DNA of 57,562 nt from Catajapyx aquilonaris (lineage: Eukaryota), in the NCBI GenBank assembly GCA_000934665.2, contig KZ538144.1, positions 62,001 to 119,562 on the forward strand, read 5' to 3'. The position numbers and the translations under genes were made by a program. The notes under the pieces were generated by a model. It did no database searches and was not told the DNA's origin. It saw nothing but the letters and a program-made list of their open reading frames with translations. This document shows positions 36,546-49,011 of the stretch, piece by piece. Each line of letters starts with the position of its first letter. Position 1 is the first letter of the stretch.

Positions 36546-36994
36546 AAAAAAAAAACATTGCAAAATAGGCCTACTCTTGGGATAGCAAGGCCTCTTACAA
36601 GAAAATTGATGCTGATAGAAACATTTTGACTTTAAATTCAAAATAAAGTGCATATTAATACATAATAAAAGGTGAAAAAGGGCTCAATTAACAAAATGAT
36701 TGTTAACCATGAATTAGTCATATTGAGCAATGTGCAGTGTACTTTCTGCAAAATAAGGTATGACTGTTACAAAGAAATGGAGGGTGATTGACACATTCTG
36801 ACTTCATATTTGGAATCAGCGCATATGATTGCATTAGAAACAGCTAAAATTGTTCATGTGCCAAAATCATTGTTGACTGTGTTATCTGTGCTTTCCGATT
36901 ATCCGGGCACACCTGCAGATTAATTAGCATAATCAGGAGTACATGTATTTATCCACCTGCAGATTAATTCACAGGTCATCTCACTTATTTCCAG

Positions 36995-37710
36995 AGTCAT
37001 CTCGTCTGGTCCGTGAGGAAACGCCTCAGCCCCCATCTATCCCTGCTCCCCATTCATCAATAATTTCTCCTCCATCTGCTCCCTCCACTGCCCCTCAGAT
37101 GCTTTGTGTTCGATGGGGCAACTATGACACAAATCTACATTCAATGTTTGGTCGTCTTCTGACCTCTCAACATTTCGTGGATGTAACCTTGACTTGTGAA
37201 GGTCGTTCTGTACGCTGCCACAAGATGATACTCTCTGCTTGCTCCTCGTACTTCGAAACACTCCTTACTGAGAACCCTTGTCCTCATCCCATCATATTCA
37301 TGAAAGATCTCCAGTTCTGGGAAGTTCAAGCCCTGGTAGACTTCATGTATAAGGGCGAAGTCAATGTGCCACAAGAAAAGCTGCCCTCATTGCTTAGGGC
37401 AGCTGAGTGCCTGCAGATTAAGGGACTGGGAGCATCTGGGGCAGACAAGCCTCAAGAGATGCAGGGAATTGCACAGCCATCTGGGTCTGTACAGATGATG
37501 CAAGGAGGTAGCACTAGTGCAGTGAGTGTGGTGCCAGCCAAGAGGAAGAGACAGGAACTGTCTACCCAAGGGTTTGAGTCACACTACCAAAAAATGGCCA
37601 AGGGGGAGGTGGCCACAGCAAGAATGTCTATGGAGTGCCCACATGAGGAAATGGCAGCTGTCATCTTACCACATGGGGATTTGGGATTGGATTCTGTGGA
37701 TCAGTCAGAT
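36995..37710 (+). CDS. Constant exon 2: Tramtrack-type BTB/POZ domain (37099-37428) plus NLS-like PAKRKR
   Basis: LCVRWGNYDTNL..FVDVTLTCEG..HKMILSACSSYF..NPCPHPIIFM..ALVDFMYKGEVNV..LLRAAECLQIKGL; tttccag| phase-1 acceptor, gat|gtaagt phase-0 donor. Confidence 0.95.
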
Positions 37711-37917
37711 GTAAGTTGTGATTGATTTTTTTGCCACTACATCAGTGTGGGAACAAACTGACAGAGAGAAGATAATGATAAGCCATATTGGAGTGAAATG
37801 TGTAGGGAACGGTCATGTGCCCCTACTGTCCCTATCACCATCTCCTGTCTCGGTCAAAACACTACCAAGGAGACAGTCAGTTTAGTGCTTTGCTGTACAC
37901 CTTGAGGTGCATGCAGT

Positions 37918-38296
37918 TATAATAATCCTAATAATAATAATAATAATAATAATCCTAATAATAATAATAATAATAATAATCCTTGGGTAGTGCCTGACCC
38001 TGGGGTGTGCAGCACGGACCTTTATTGTAACTTAGTACAGTGAGACCATATTTTTGAAACGCCCGGGCCCACGGGCAGGATGACAGGAGGGGATGTGCAA
38101 GGTGCAGTGCAATGTCTCATGTGTGGTCGTTTTGTGAACTCCCCCGGGTGGTTTGTCTATTGGAGTTATCACCCAAGACGAAGCCAGAGACGGCCTAACT
38201 CTGCACGAGATGAAGGGGGTGTCCCCGGGCTGGGATTGAACCCGGGACCTTAACATCCGTGAGGGCATACATTACCGCAGCGCCACTCCGCCTTCC
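37918..38296 (-). mobile_element. SINE family 1 copy with trinucleotide-repeat tail
   Basis: Homology to 840-1169 and 39070-39450. Confidence 0.8.
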
Positions 38297-39069
38297 TATT
38301 AGACAGGTCAGTTGTTTCCATCCAAGTGGGCAGGGCTTACAGTCCCTCGCTGCTGCAAGTACATCGGCACAGAAATGATCCAGACACTTGGGGGCAGGCT
38401 GATGGTTACATCAGCTGCCAATTGAGTGTGCTAGGCGATATCTAGCGCACTCAACTGGCAGCTGGCATAACCCTCCCCCTCCTCCGCAAGTGTCCGGACA
38501 ATTTTCGTGCTGGTAGTACCTTATAAGTTAGGCCACGTTCCACTTTGACTGTAATAGACAGGTGTGCAGGCCGTTTTTCTAGTACTTGTGATAGTCGTCT
38601 GGTGCCAAAAGAAGACTTCTGTCCAAATGACCTTCATACAAAGTTTCATCTGTTAGACCCCTATCACCCCACTAGGTTTGGTGGTCAACTTTATAGCACA
38701 TCATGAGCCCCGACACACAGTAGGACCAAATCAGAAAAAACGTGGTCAAAAGTCTATTGGACTTTTTGAAGACACTTACAGTCTCCATCCATTCCTCTAA
38801 AATGGGATCATAACATAATGCACTCTTTTTCATGGAAAAGTTACTCCAAACTTGTGTGGAGCCTCTCAAAATTGACTTAAATTGTAGTTGAGCGAATTTT
38901 TTTTGTTTCTTGTCAAAACTGGCAAGGTGTCACCGTGTTTATACATTTCCAGGAGCATGTTATAATTGTACAGTAATAGTGAATGTCATGACCCCATTCT
39001 TTATCAATAAAATGATGCAATTATCACGTACCTAATACAAACCTTTGGTGCTTTAATAACACCCTTTCA

Positions 39070-39450
39070 GGGGAGGCGGAGTGGTGCTGCGGTAACGTAT
39101 GCGCCCACGGATGTTAAGGTCCCGGGTTCGATCCCAGCCCGGGGACACCCCCTTCATCTCGTGTAGAGTTCAGGGTCACCTCTGGCTTCGTCTCGGGTGG
39201 TATTTCCAACAGACTAAACCCGGGGGAGTTCACTAAAAATGGCCACGTTTAAGACATTGCACTGCACCTTGCACATCCCCTCCTGTCATCCTGCCCGTGG
39301 GCCCGGGCGATTCGCTCAAGGTTCCAGCATTGTACTGCATTGTACTTCAAGTATAATAAAGGTCCGTGCCGCATACCCTATATAGGGTCAAGCACTACCT
39401 GTAAGGGACATCACGGGGTATTTCAAATAATAAATAATAATAATAAATAA
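39070..39450 (+). mobile_element. SINE family 1 full-length copy
   Basis: tRNA-like head with GGTTCGATCC; 3' atcacggggta plus AAT-rich tail. Confidence 0.85.
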
Positions 39451-40068
39451 CCTATTTGAATGTTTTGAGCCATCTATACCATGGCACTAATAGCTGTACA
39501 CTACTTACTGTGAGATGTTTAGGTTTAGGTTTATTAGGAAGAGGAGCCAAAGCAACTGTGGCACTCTCTGGCTATTAAAAGACACAAAGGTGGGACAGAT
39601 GGAGAGAGAAACAAAGAGGAAAAAGAAGGGAGGAAAGACTGGTATCTCTCTTTGTCTGTCTCCTACCCCAAAGACCTGTCAGATGTAAGAATAGGGATAG
39701 GTCTAGAGTACTCGGAGTAAATTGCAGATTTTTTAAAATTTCATTGCATTTATATTACTGACTGTGCTAGCCACTTGGTCTGGTTCTATACCCTGTGGCA
39801 TGCTGTCTTCCTCGTTAGCTTTGCAAAGTCAGGTAGACTAATAATCCTGTACTCTTAAATTCTGTGCGTTTAGAGCTGTGGTTACAGCATTTTTAGAATT
39901 AACAAAAAAAGGTGAAGTTTTGTGGACCGTTTCAGCCATTATTATACCTTTTTTAAAAAATTTGAAAGTGAAAGTGTTATTTCAGTATTGACCCTAATGC
40001 GGTACTTTTTAATTCAATTCAATGTGAAATGTGGTATTGGCAAGACTTGCTTTTCTCTCTTTTTTTAG

Positions 40069-40170
40069 ATTGGGATCAAGAGCGAGCCAACAGAAATTGA
40101 TGTGTATGAAGACTCCTTGACTTCCAGCCAATACAAGGAAGACTCTATGGAAAAGGAGGAGGAATTGGAG
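40069..40170 (+). CDS. Constant exon 3 (acidic; SUMO-consensus IKSE)
   Basis: ttttctctctttttttag| IGIKSEPTEIDVYED..EKEEELE |gtgaat; phase 0-0. Confidence 0.8.
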
Positions 40171-40487
40171 GTGAATTATTTTTAAAATTTGATTACAATA
40201 CTGTTGCTTTAAAGTTGCACTTTCATAATAATGCATACTAGTCTTACAGGAAAGGAACACTGGTTACATAAATTTGGCTTTTGTGGAGCTTGAATGTGAT
40301 TTCTTGCAATTGCCAGCATTTTGTTATCAGGTTGTTCCATAGAATTTTTATGCACATTGGAAATATTTTACTCAAGTTCAAATCTACTTACATCAGGGAC
40401 TGCCTGTACTAACAGTTAATATTCTGATAGCCTCTAAAAATGATTGTTCAATAGTAGCTTCTTAAAATTATTATTCATTCTTAATAG

Positions 40488-40671
40488 ATGGATAGTCAAC
40501 CTCCACCGTCACCACCTCTTACAATGACACGTTCATCCTCTCAACCAACGACCTCGACTGACACTGGAAACATGGAATCGGCTTATGGATCATGCACTAG
40601 TTATGACTCAAAACCTGGAACATCTGGACTCACTTCAAGACTTGGAACTAGAGCGCGACATGTAGATAAAG
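40488..40671 (+). CDS. Constant exon 4 (Ser/Thr/Pro-rich)
   Basis: ttcttaatag| MDSQPPPSPP..KPGTSG..HVDK g|gtaatt; phase 0-1. Confidence 0.75.
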
Positions 40672-41289
40672 GTAATTTAATAATGCCATAAATTTGAGTG
40701 GTTTATTTTGTTACTCAGACCATCTTCTTGGAAGGATTTGATAGTTTTATCTTGTACTTTTAATGTTGTAACTAGAAAAACCCTCACTTCGCTCGCATTT
40801 TTCTAGGGCGCAGGCCTAGAACACCCTGCAGCATAGACCGTATTGTTATGCCTAATCGATTCGGACTTAGCCAGTGATGATGCCCATCTAACAACCATCC
40901 GTAAGCTCCCCTCCATCCTTTCCCCCTCCTCCTCTGTTTTAAGGATGCTCAGTTGTAAAAATACAGTACCAAGGATTGCTCTGATGCAAGAAGCCCGTGG
41001 AATGTTTGTGGCTAATTCCACGCTTGGCTTACACGACATGAACTCAGTTCACGCCTAACTTATAATTTTTTTTTGCACAAACTTAGCATTCAAGGAAATT
41101 GTGTTTAATGGTTTAAACCATTCCTCAATGGTTTAAATGGTGTTGTTAACTTGAATGTAGGTGAAAATTCTCTAATATTTCGTCAAAAATAAAAAATACA
41201 CAATCTCAGCTTTCAGAAGAGACCACAATATTGTAGAAACTATTTATTTTAAAATCTGACCCTGTTGTATATTTTTGCATGGAATTAGC

Positions 41290-41928
41290 CAGCCTCCTGC
41301 AACTCCCTATCTAGCCATATGGGGAAGACGTGGGCTTAGCAAGTCCCCTGTCCCCAGATGTGGAGTCCCGCATCCCCGGATGTGGAGCATTGTACCAAAT
41401 CGCATTTGGGCAGACGACTTCCGAACCTACCTAAATTGTCAATACCCATTCAGCTCCAGTTTGCAGATCTACCACACCAGCCACCCAAATGCGATTTGGA
41501 CCATGTCAAATCACATTCGGGTGGCTGATGGTTGGATTTGCAAACGGGGGCTGAATGGGAAGTTACAATTTAGGTAGGTTCAGAACTGTTTAGAAGTCGT
41601 CCACCCTAAGGTGATATGGTACAGTGCTGACGCTCCAAGCAAAAACCCAGTGTGTGGTTTTTATCATTTCGAGATATGCGCATTTGAAGTTTTCACTTTC
41701 CATTGAAAAGGATATACATACATAGTTTTACTATGCCCCTAACTTTGCAACAGAGACTCGTAGAGAAACGAGGTTTGTATCATTATGTAGGCCGCATAAA
41801 GGGGATTGCAGTGGTATGCTTAGCTGAACATACATGGCTTTTGCTTGGGGCGTCAAGAGTGCTCCACATCCGGGGATAGGGGACTCGCTAAGCGCACGCG
41901 AAAAGAGATGGGAGTTGCAGGGGGCTGG
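41290..41928. mobile_element. Nested inverted-repeat (MITE-in-MITE) structure
   Basis: Outer IR 41290-41365 / 41862-41928; inner palindrome 41386-41628. Confidence 0.55.
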
Positions 41929-42669
41929 AATTAGCCATGTGCCACAATAGAAGGCAGTTATTGTTGCCATGACTCTGCCACACACCCCACCCCTACGTTA
42001 GAATGTGTGTTATTCGAACCTTCCACGGCTGTTGAGATAGGCGATTATGACTAGTCGACTTTGGATCACCGGTGTATGGGCGCAGGAAATTCTTAATCAG
42101 CATGGTGCTTTCACAGGTGGGAAGTACGGTCTTCAAGACACCCTCCCACACTCAATGTCTTTCGGTGCAGTGTCAAATAAGTGATTACCAGCGAATTGAA
42201 TGGAAAAAAGGAAACCTCCGCGTTCTAATAATGGCTAGGCCATTAGTTCTAAAGCAGTCCGATCAATTATGGTAACATTCAGAAGGCCATACATTTCTAC
42301 ACCCTAAGGTAGCCCTAAGATGCCCCATTAGTACCAGGTGGTTGAATGTAGCAGTTGCTATAGAATAGGGCACCTGGATAGGGGTGCAACAAGCTACAAA
42401 AAAGTATCAGCTTCAAGCAAAAAATTTTATAACTAAAAGTACTAATATACTTGAAACACCCTGTATTTACTATGGTAGCAAGTGTAGCCCAGCATGGCAG
42501 TTACTTTCAGTTGCTACGAATAATTTAATAGTTTCTGTTGGCTGAAAATTACCTTACCTGTGTGCCTTATTCCTTGTTGGACCACCTTGCAGTGTATATT
42601 TCATATTATCCCTAGTAACAGTTATCCTTTCAAATGAAAAATATAAGGTTTTTGGATTACTTATTACAG

Positions 42670-42719
42670 ATGTTGACTGGGACAGCCACTGTCAATCAGA
42701 CCCAGGCTCGCCACACTGA
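42670..42719 (+). CDS. Constant exon 5 (terminal coding exon, DVDWDSHCQSDPGSPH*)
   Basis: ttattacag| phase-1 acceptor; TGA at 42717-42719 followed by AT-rich putative 3' UTR. Confidence 0.6.
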
Positions 42720-45700
42720 AACTGGAACCTAACTGCAAGACTCAAGAGGCTAGTGTAATGAGGGACTTGGTGGGAGCACAAAGTGGTTTCTTATTAGTGA
42801 TCTCTGTTGATATGTCAAAGGATTCCGGGGCGATTTTTGCTGTGTGACTCAAATTTTTGTGTACATGTTGTTGCTAAATAATATCAGAAGCTAACGTTAT
42901 TAACCTCACCTTTTTCCTGGCAGTAGTCCTGGGTTTGAGTGGGAAGGAGCTAAAGCAAATAAGGCTATCTGGCTATTACAAGATATATATTATATATAAA
43001 CTCAGATTTTCATACTTGGACTATTTCTAGGGAAAAGCACAGAGGTTAGCTTTTACTCCTTTTATTATTGGAAACAACCGGCAGTATAAGTTATTTAGTA
43101 ACATGACAAAAACCATCTTGGAAAGATACATTTAGAATTATGTTTGACAACTTTTTTTTTTGTCAAAATGTGCAAAACTATTAGTTAATTGTTTAATTTT
43201 TGACCCAAGCAATGAAGCCTACTGATGCAATGGGCAATATGATGTACTTAATTTGTGTCTGTTAAAATTATCAGCATTATTAAAGGTCACTGTAGGTAGA
43301 ATATTCCTTGTTGATACATCTGGTACAAGACTCCATCAGATATGTAGTTCAACCACACGAGAATGAACCTGAATCAATATTCACATATTGAGATACATGC
43401 AAGAATACAGTGCCTCCAACCATAGTGGCTAGCAAATTTTTTTTTTTTTTGGCACTCAGCAGGTTATTAACTCGGCTCATTCCACATCACCAATTTTGTG
43501 TGTGATTTGAACACATTTTTGCAGTTTTATTGTGGGAGAACGAAAAGGATAAATGAATGTGGTTTTCAGCAGAACCTCCAGATTCTCCAGATATTTAATA
43601 CAATACTTATGCTAAGGGTCCATTTTCGATCAAGTAACTCTGTTCAAAACAGAAGATATTCAAAATGGGGCCAGAGAGAAGCCCACCAGGAGGGGAGGGG
43701 CAGGGCAGACCCAAGATGATCGGTAATACCACTAACAGAGGATTGCCAGGAGAGAAGATTTGAGTGCCATGACTACTGCTATGCAGCTAAGCTTGGTGCT
43801 TGGCTAAGCTACATACACATTGGTTGGCCTGTGGCACGCAATGCGGACCACATTGTTGGCATATGCAAAACTCACAATAAGTGCCCAGCTTGCTGTTGCT
43901 CGCAATTAACTAAAATTATCTGGCAAGTGTGACGAACCATGCCTGGTGGGCCCACACGATGGACAGTACTGGTGCGGTAACCAAAAGCCATACAGATACA
44001 CCAACACAATTATTATCGTGAAAAACACTGTTGTTCATGGCATGGTCAGCTGAGGTTCTGCTGTTTTACTCCTCCAGCCTGCCTTTGACCGTACCCTGCC
44101 AAGCCTCTCCCACCTCACCTCCCCTGCTCCAGTAGGGTTCCAAACAAAATTGTGGAAATTTCCATAAAAAATCAGCCTTGTAGTATAAAAAAATTCTGCA
44201 CGAACAGAAACTCCAAACAAGATTATGTTTTCCCACGAGATGCAGTCAAGAAAATTTTCTACTCACTCAACAAAATGCGATGGCATTTTAATCCCATCAC
44301 TGTGATAATACATGTTCATAATGATCATAGGTATAGCAAGGCATATTCCTCATCGTCTTCCAAAGTATACCTCACCCTCTACATTATGATCACCCTTCAA
44401 TATTGTACCATTGCCTGGTAAAACCAGGGTCCCCTACATGGTTGCCTCCCCCACCCTAGCCAGGGTATTGTCTCCACTTAGTCCTTATGGGGCGGCCATA
44501 TTGGAGCTAGATTGCATGCTGCAGGATAGGAAATTGGCAAGCGTCCAATTTTGTTTGTCAGGGATATTTTTTCACTGCATGCAGATCCAATGTGAATTAG
44601 CTCCAATATGTCGGAGAGACAATACCCTGTCTAGGTGGGGAGGCACTCATGGAGGTTACCCTGGGTAAAACAACTGGTGGCTCTTGTTGTGATGCTGGCC
44701 CTCATATGCTGCTATACATGAAACTTATATTAGCTATAACTTAGCTATGCTACAGGCCAAATGGAACATCCGGAAGTGTTTCATTGTTGGATGACCCTGT
44801 GGGATTTCAGAGCAGAGGTTACAGCTTTGAAATAAACTAAAGAGCACTTGATGAGGTAATGGCTAATTGAGCAGTGATTTGCACTTTGTAAACAATGCTT
44901 ATATCCATCTCAGACCCTCTTCTGCAAATGTGATTTGATGTTTCAACACACAGGCCAATGCATTTTTGCCAGCCTTTTTATTTTGTGAATTTTTGGGCAC
45001 TGTATTGCTGCAAATACATTTCTTAAAGTACATCAGATGCATGGAAATATTGATTCAGGGTGTGAACTCTGTACCTAGAGAAAAAAAATGAGACATTTCA
45101 GATGGAGGCTAGAACCCTATTCAGGTGGAACACACTGTATAGGTAGTGTACTCATGATATGTCCCTCTGCGGACTTATGTTCATTCTCTCATGATATGAA
45201 CGGTAGGCCTCTACAATATTAATGCCAAAATATCAACCAACATAGTCTCATTGTTGTATATAAAAATCCAATTTCACAATGAATAAATGAAAGGTGAGAA
45301 GGAATATAAATGGAAGCAAAAAAATGAGAATGAACATGTTCTCTCTTGAGAAATATTCTGATTTCCCAATCACGAATTTGGCATCAGTAATTAGACAGTT
45401 TAAAAGAATCATTGCTCATTTAAAATTGTATTTAATTTCAGCTGTATATTAATATATTGTACCTTTTGACATAACGTCCAAGTGTCTGTGAGCACAGGAT
45501 GGGTGACTGGGAGAGGAAGTGAAGGTTTACATGTCTCGTATGGCAATTTCGTTTGTTCCTAGGGGTGCTTAGGGTAGACTTGTAAAGGGCACTGCCAAGT
45601 AAGATAGCAATTTGTGGGAGGCCTCTTCTGCTTCAGGTTCTATAAATTTTGGTGCAAAATATGCAAAATAGTGTGAATTATAAATGTGAGAGGTAAATTG

Positions 45701-45785
45701 CAGAGGTGTAATCAACTCAGATATGGTACTGCCACCTTGCTTTGCCTCCAGGAAGGCATACAACACATCATCAATAGCCCTACAT

Positions 45786-46289
45786 CAGGGGTATTCAACT
45801 AGTTTATGACAAGGTCCAATATTTACCTTTCCTGGACCATTGAAAGTCCGGACCCCCCCCCCCCCNCCCGGTAAAAATATATAGATTTTATATGATACCA
45901 CAGGGTTCATATTCGGATATAGAAACATGTGCAGCAAGGGTAGAAGGGCCTGTCAAGGCAGGGTATATTAAGACATTTTCGCCCTTTATGACGTCATGTA
46001 CAGGTGCGTTGGCAGAAGAATTTCGGAGGGGGGGCCCATATCGTAAGAACAAGGTGAACAAGCCGTAAAGGGCAGGGAAAGAGCCTGCTGCAGGCGAAAT
46101 TTTTGGGGGGTTCAAGGTCACACGAGCTTATGTGAATGTGGGAGATTTGAATGGGTGTGTATTTGATGAAATTGGTAGCACTTTTTCCCAAAAAATCATG
46201 AATTAGTAATTTATGCTATTTCAAACTGTCCTGTATATTGTCGCGGTCCGGACAAAATTGCGTCGCGGTCCACCAGTTGAATAGCCCTG
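45786..46289. mobile_element. hAT-like MITE
   Basis: caggggtattcaact / agttgaatagccctg termini with subterminal ggtccgga/gcggtcc repeats; no clear 8-bp TSD. Confidence 0.5.
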
Positions 46290-48345
46290 ACATTGAGCGA
46301 TTTTATTATCATATCTGGTGGATGAAGGGTAGGGCTGCCACTAAGAATGGCTAGGAAGGCCTTTCTGCTTATGATGAATAGTCTGAGACCATTATTGGTA
46401 GCCTTGTTGTTGGTCTCTCAAGTGAGGTAGGAAATCTAGAATATTGATTCTTTTGGAACAAAGATATAGGGTGCAAAAAGTGTGCAATAGTGTACCGGTG
46501 CACTAGTAAATTAGTGTAACAGCTGGAATTGAAAAATATGTTCCATAAGCTATGATGCTTAGGATGAAGTTAATTTGCAATTTTTCCAAAATAAAAATGA
46601 GCGTAGGTGCTACACACATTCTCTCATTTTAATTTTTCTAGCAATGACAGAGTGCAATTGCAGAATCACACATTCTTCACAATATATATGGAAGATTATT
46701 GAAATTGATACTGGTTCTACAGTGTAATATCCTTTCAAATTAGGTATGACAATGGGAAACAATGGGCAAGAAAACTGCTGTAAAAACAAAAAAATACATC
46801 TAAAGATTTCTAATGCCTGCTTCAGCCAAATGAAGAGTGTAGGGTGGTTGCCTACTGTAATACCCACATATGAAGGGATGCCACTTCTGCAATTCTAGCT
46901 TTCACTTTTGTAACTGATGGTATTATGCACCTTTTCCCTCAACAATATTAGTGTCTGAAGGAGAATAAGTGACCTGCAGATTTATATACTTACAATAATA
47001 TTATCCTTGCACCCAAGACGGAGCCGAAGAGACCCAATTCCTCATGGATATGTACACTGCTGGACATAATAGTAATCCCATGGAAATTTTTCAGCGTGAG
47101 CAGCACAAGTGGAGATTATGTCCAGTCGTGTACACTGTACTGAACTCCTGGGCTTGTAATTTGCACCCACGACCTACTCTCCATAGGAACAAGCATTGGA
47201 GTTGGGCCACTCTGCCTCTCCCACACTTCTTTGTACCTGTACAAATGGCAAAGATTTTTTTTTCAACTAATGGAAGTTCCTGTTAATACCATTTTGTAGA
47301 AAGTTGCAAATTGCACCTTATTCCATGTTAACCAATATTTTGATGTTTGGATGTTGATCCAGATATAAATACTGTGTTTGCTGATTATCTACATAAAGTC
47401 CCTTGAGAAAGTTTCATTTCTCATATAATGAACACAGACATGTTTTCAGGACACGTAGAAAACTTGATTAGCATGTACCCATTTTTGTGTTAGCTATATG
47501 CTCAGATTAATTTTTTTGGTGTATGAATGTAACTAGATTGGTTTTCTACCTTTTTGGTAGATATGCAGGAAAGTGTAGATATAATTTTATCAAGAGAAAG
47601 GAGAAGAAAGAGGATAAGGTTGTAATGATTTACTCTCCTCTGACTGGGTATATGGGTGGAAGGATATGTTACAATTACTTCATCTGTGCTTTGGGTGAGT
47701 CGGTTTCAGAGTTGAACGGAAGCCTCGAGAAGTGCAGTAGGTAGTATGCATCCAAGAGTAAGTGTATGGTGACAGTGGCACATTTCCTGTGTGCACAAAC
47801 TAACCCTCGTTGGACAGTAGACTTTGATTGTATGTATGTCAAGTGTTCATTTATGAAATAAATTTGGACTGCTACTGAACCAAGAATTTAATTTGAATGA
47901 GTGTCATTTATATGAGATTTTCACCTAACTGCATGGTTGGGCCACATATTCAACATCATCATCATGACGTTTTCCCTCGAGGCCTCTAGGCTAGGGGGTA
48001 GTCAGCGATCAAGATGGAGGTGCAGGTTAACCCCTGGAGTTATGGAGTAGAAATGACACATTCATTGTAACAAGCAAGTAATAAAACATTCTAACAGACA
48101 GTTCAGACAAGCTGAAGTAATCATAGCAACTATCATAGCAAGTCCCATTGGTGACGGATAATCGGGGTTCTACTGTATTGGTTAATCTTCACTATTTTAT
48201 GCTGATGCATGTACTGTAGCATTGGAGTCTCAATTACTTGAAGCACATTTCAACACTCTAGATCTAGACATTCTGGGGAGTAGTGCAAATTACTATGATG
48301 GCTGTTGTTTTAGTACCTAGACTTAACTTCAGTCAACAATATGAT

Positions 48346-48657
48346 AATAATAATTAATAATAATTTGATACCCCATTATCAGCCTACGGGCCTTCCTAGG
48401 GGGGGATTTCTCCCATTTTTTTTTTGTCTGGAACTCTTCCATTTTTTACTATTTTCTCATCATCTGAAATGAAGCAGGGAAAGGGAAGGAAGGAAGCCGC
48501 TGTGGCCTATATTACGGTAACGACCCCGGAATTATCCTGCAAGGACCATGGGAAACCACAAAAAACCATGGTCAGGGTCGCCGGCCTCCGGGATTCGAAC
48601 CCAGGACCTCCCGATTAGCAGTCGGATACCCTATCCACTCCACCACTACTGCTTCGG
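48346..48657 (-). mobile_element. SINE family 2 copy
   Basis: TSD tcagtcaacaatatgat; B-box GGTTCGAATCC. Confidence 0.85.
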
Positions 48658-48749
48658 TCAGTCAACAATATGATGCATGGAGGCGGCCAGTCTTCAAATT
48701 ACATGTTACCAGATAATTCACTCGTATGCCACAAAGTTCATGCAATTGA

Positions 48750-49011
48750 GGCCAACACGGTGGTGTAGTGGTTAGCGCCTCAGCCTTCCACCTCTGAGGT
48801 CCCGAGTTCAATCCCCGGATCGGAAAGAGGATACTTATGTGGACAGAGTTTTGATGGGTTCTCTCCGTGTTCACGTGGGTTTTCTTGGGGCTCTCTCGTT
48901 TCCTCCCACTTTAAAAAAAATCCATCGCATTACAGGCAAATGATTCAAGTCGGTGAATTAAAAGATGGTCCCCTAACAGGCCCAAGGACCTATCACTGGG
49001 TATCCATTATT
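48750..49011 (+). mobile_element. SINE family 3 (V-domain-like) copy
   Basis: tRNA-like head ggtggtgtagtggttagc..gagttcaatcc, then gttctctccgtgttcacgtgggttttc..gtttcctcccac. Confidence 0.8.

Noticed and set aside
39070..39145. tRNA genes here and at ~1100, 12690, 31200, 32190 and 48755
   Set aside because: These are SINE heads: they continue into shared bodies, simple-repeat tails and, in several copies, TSDs.
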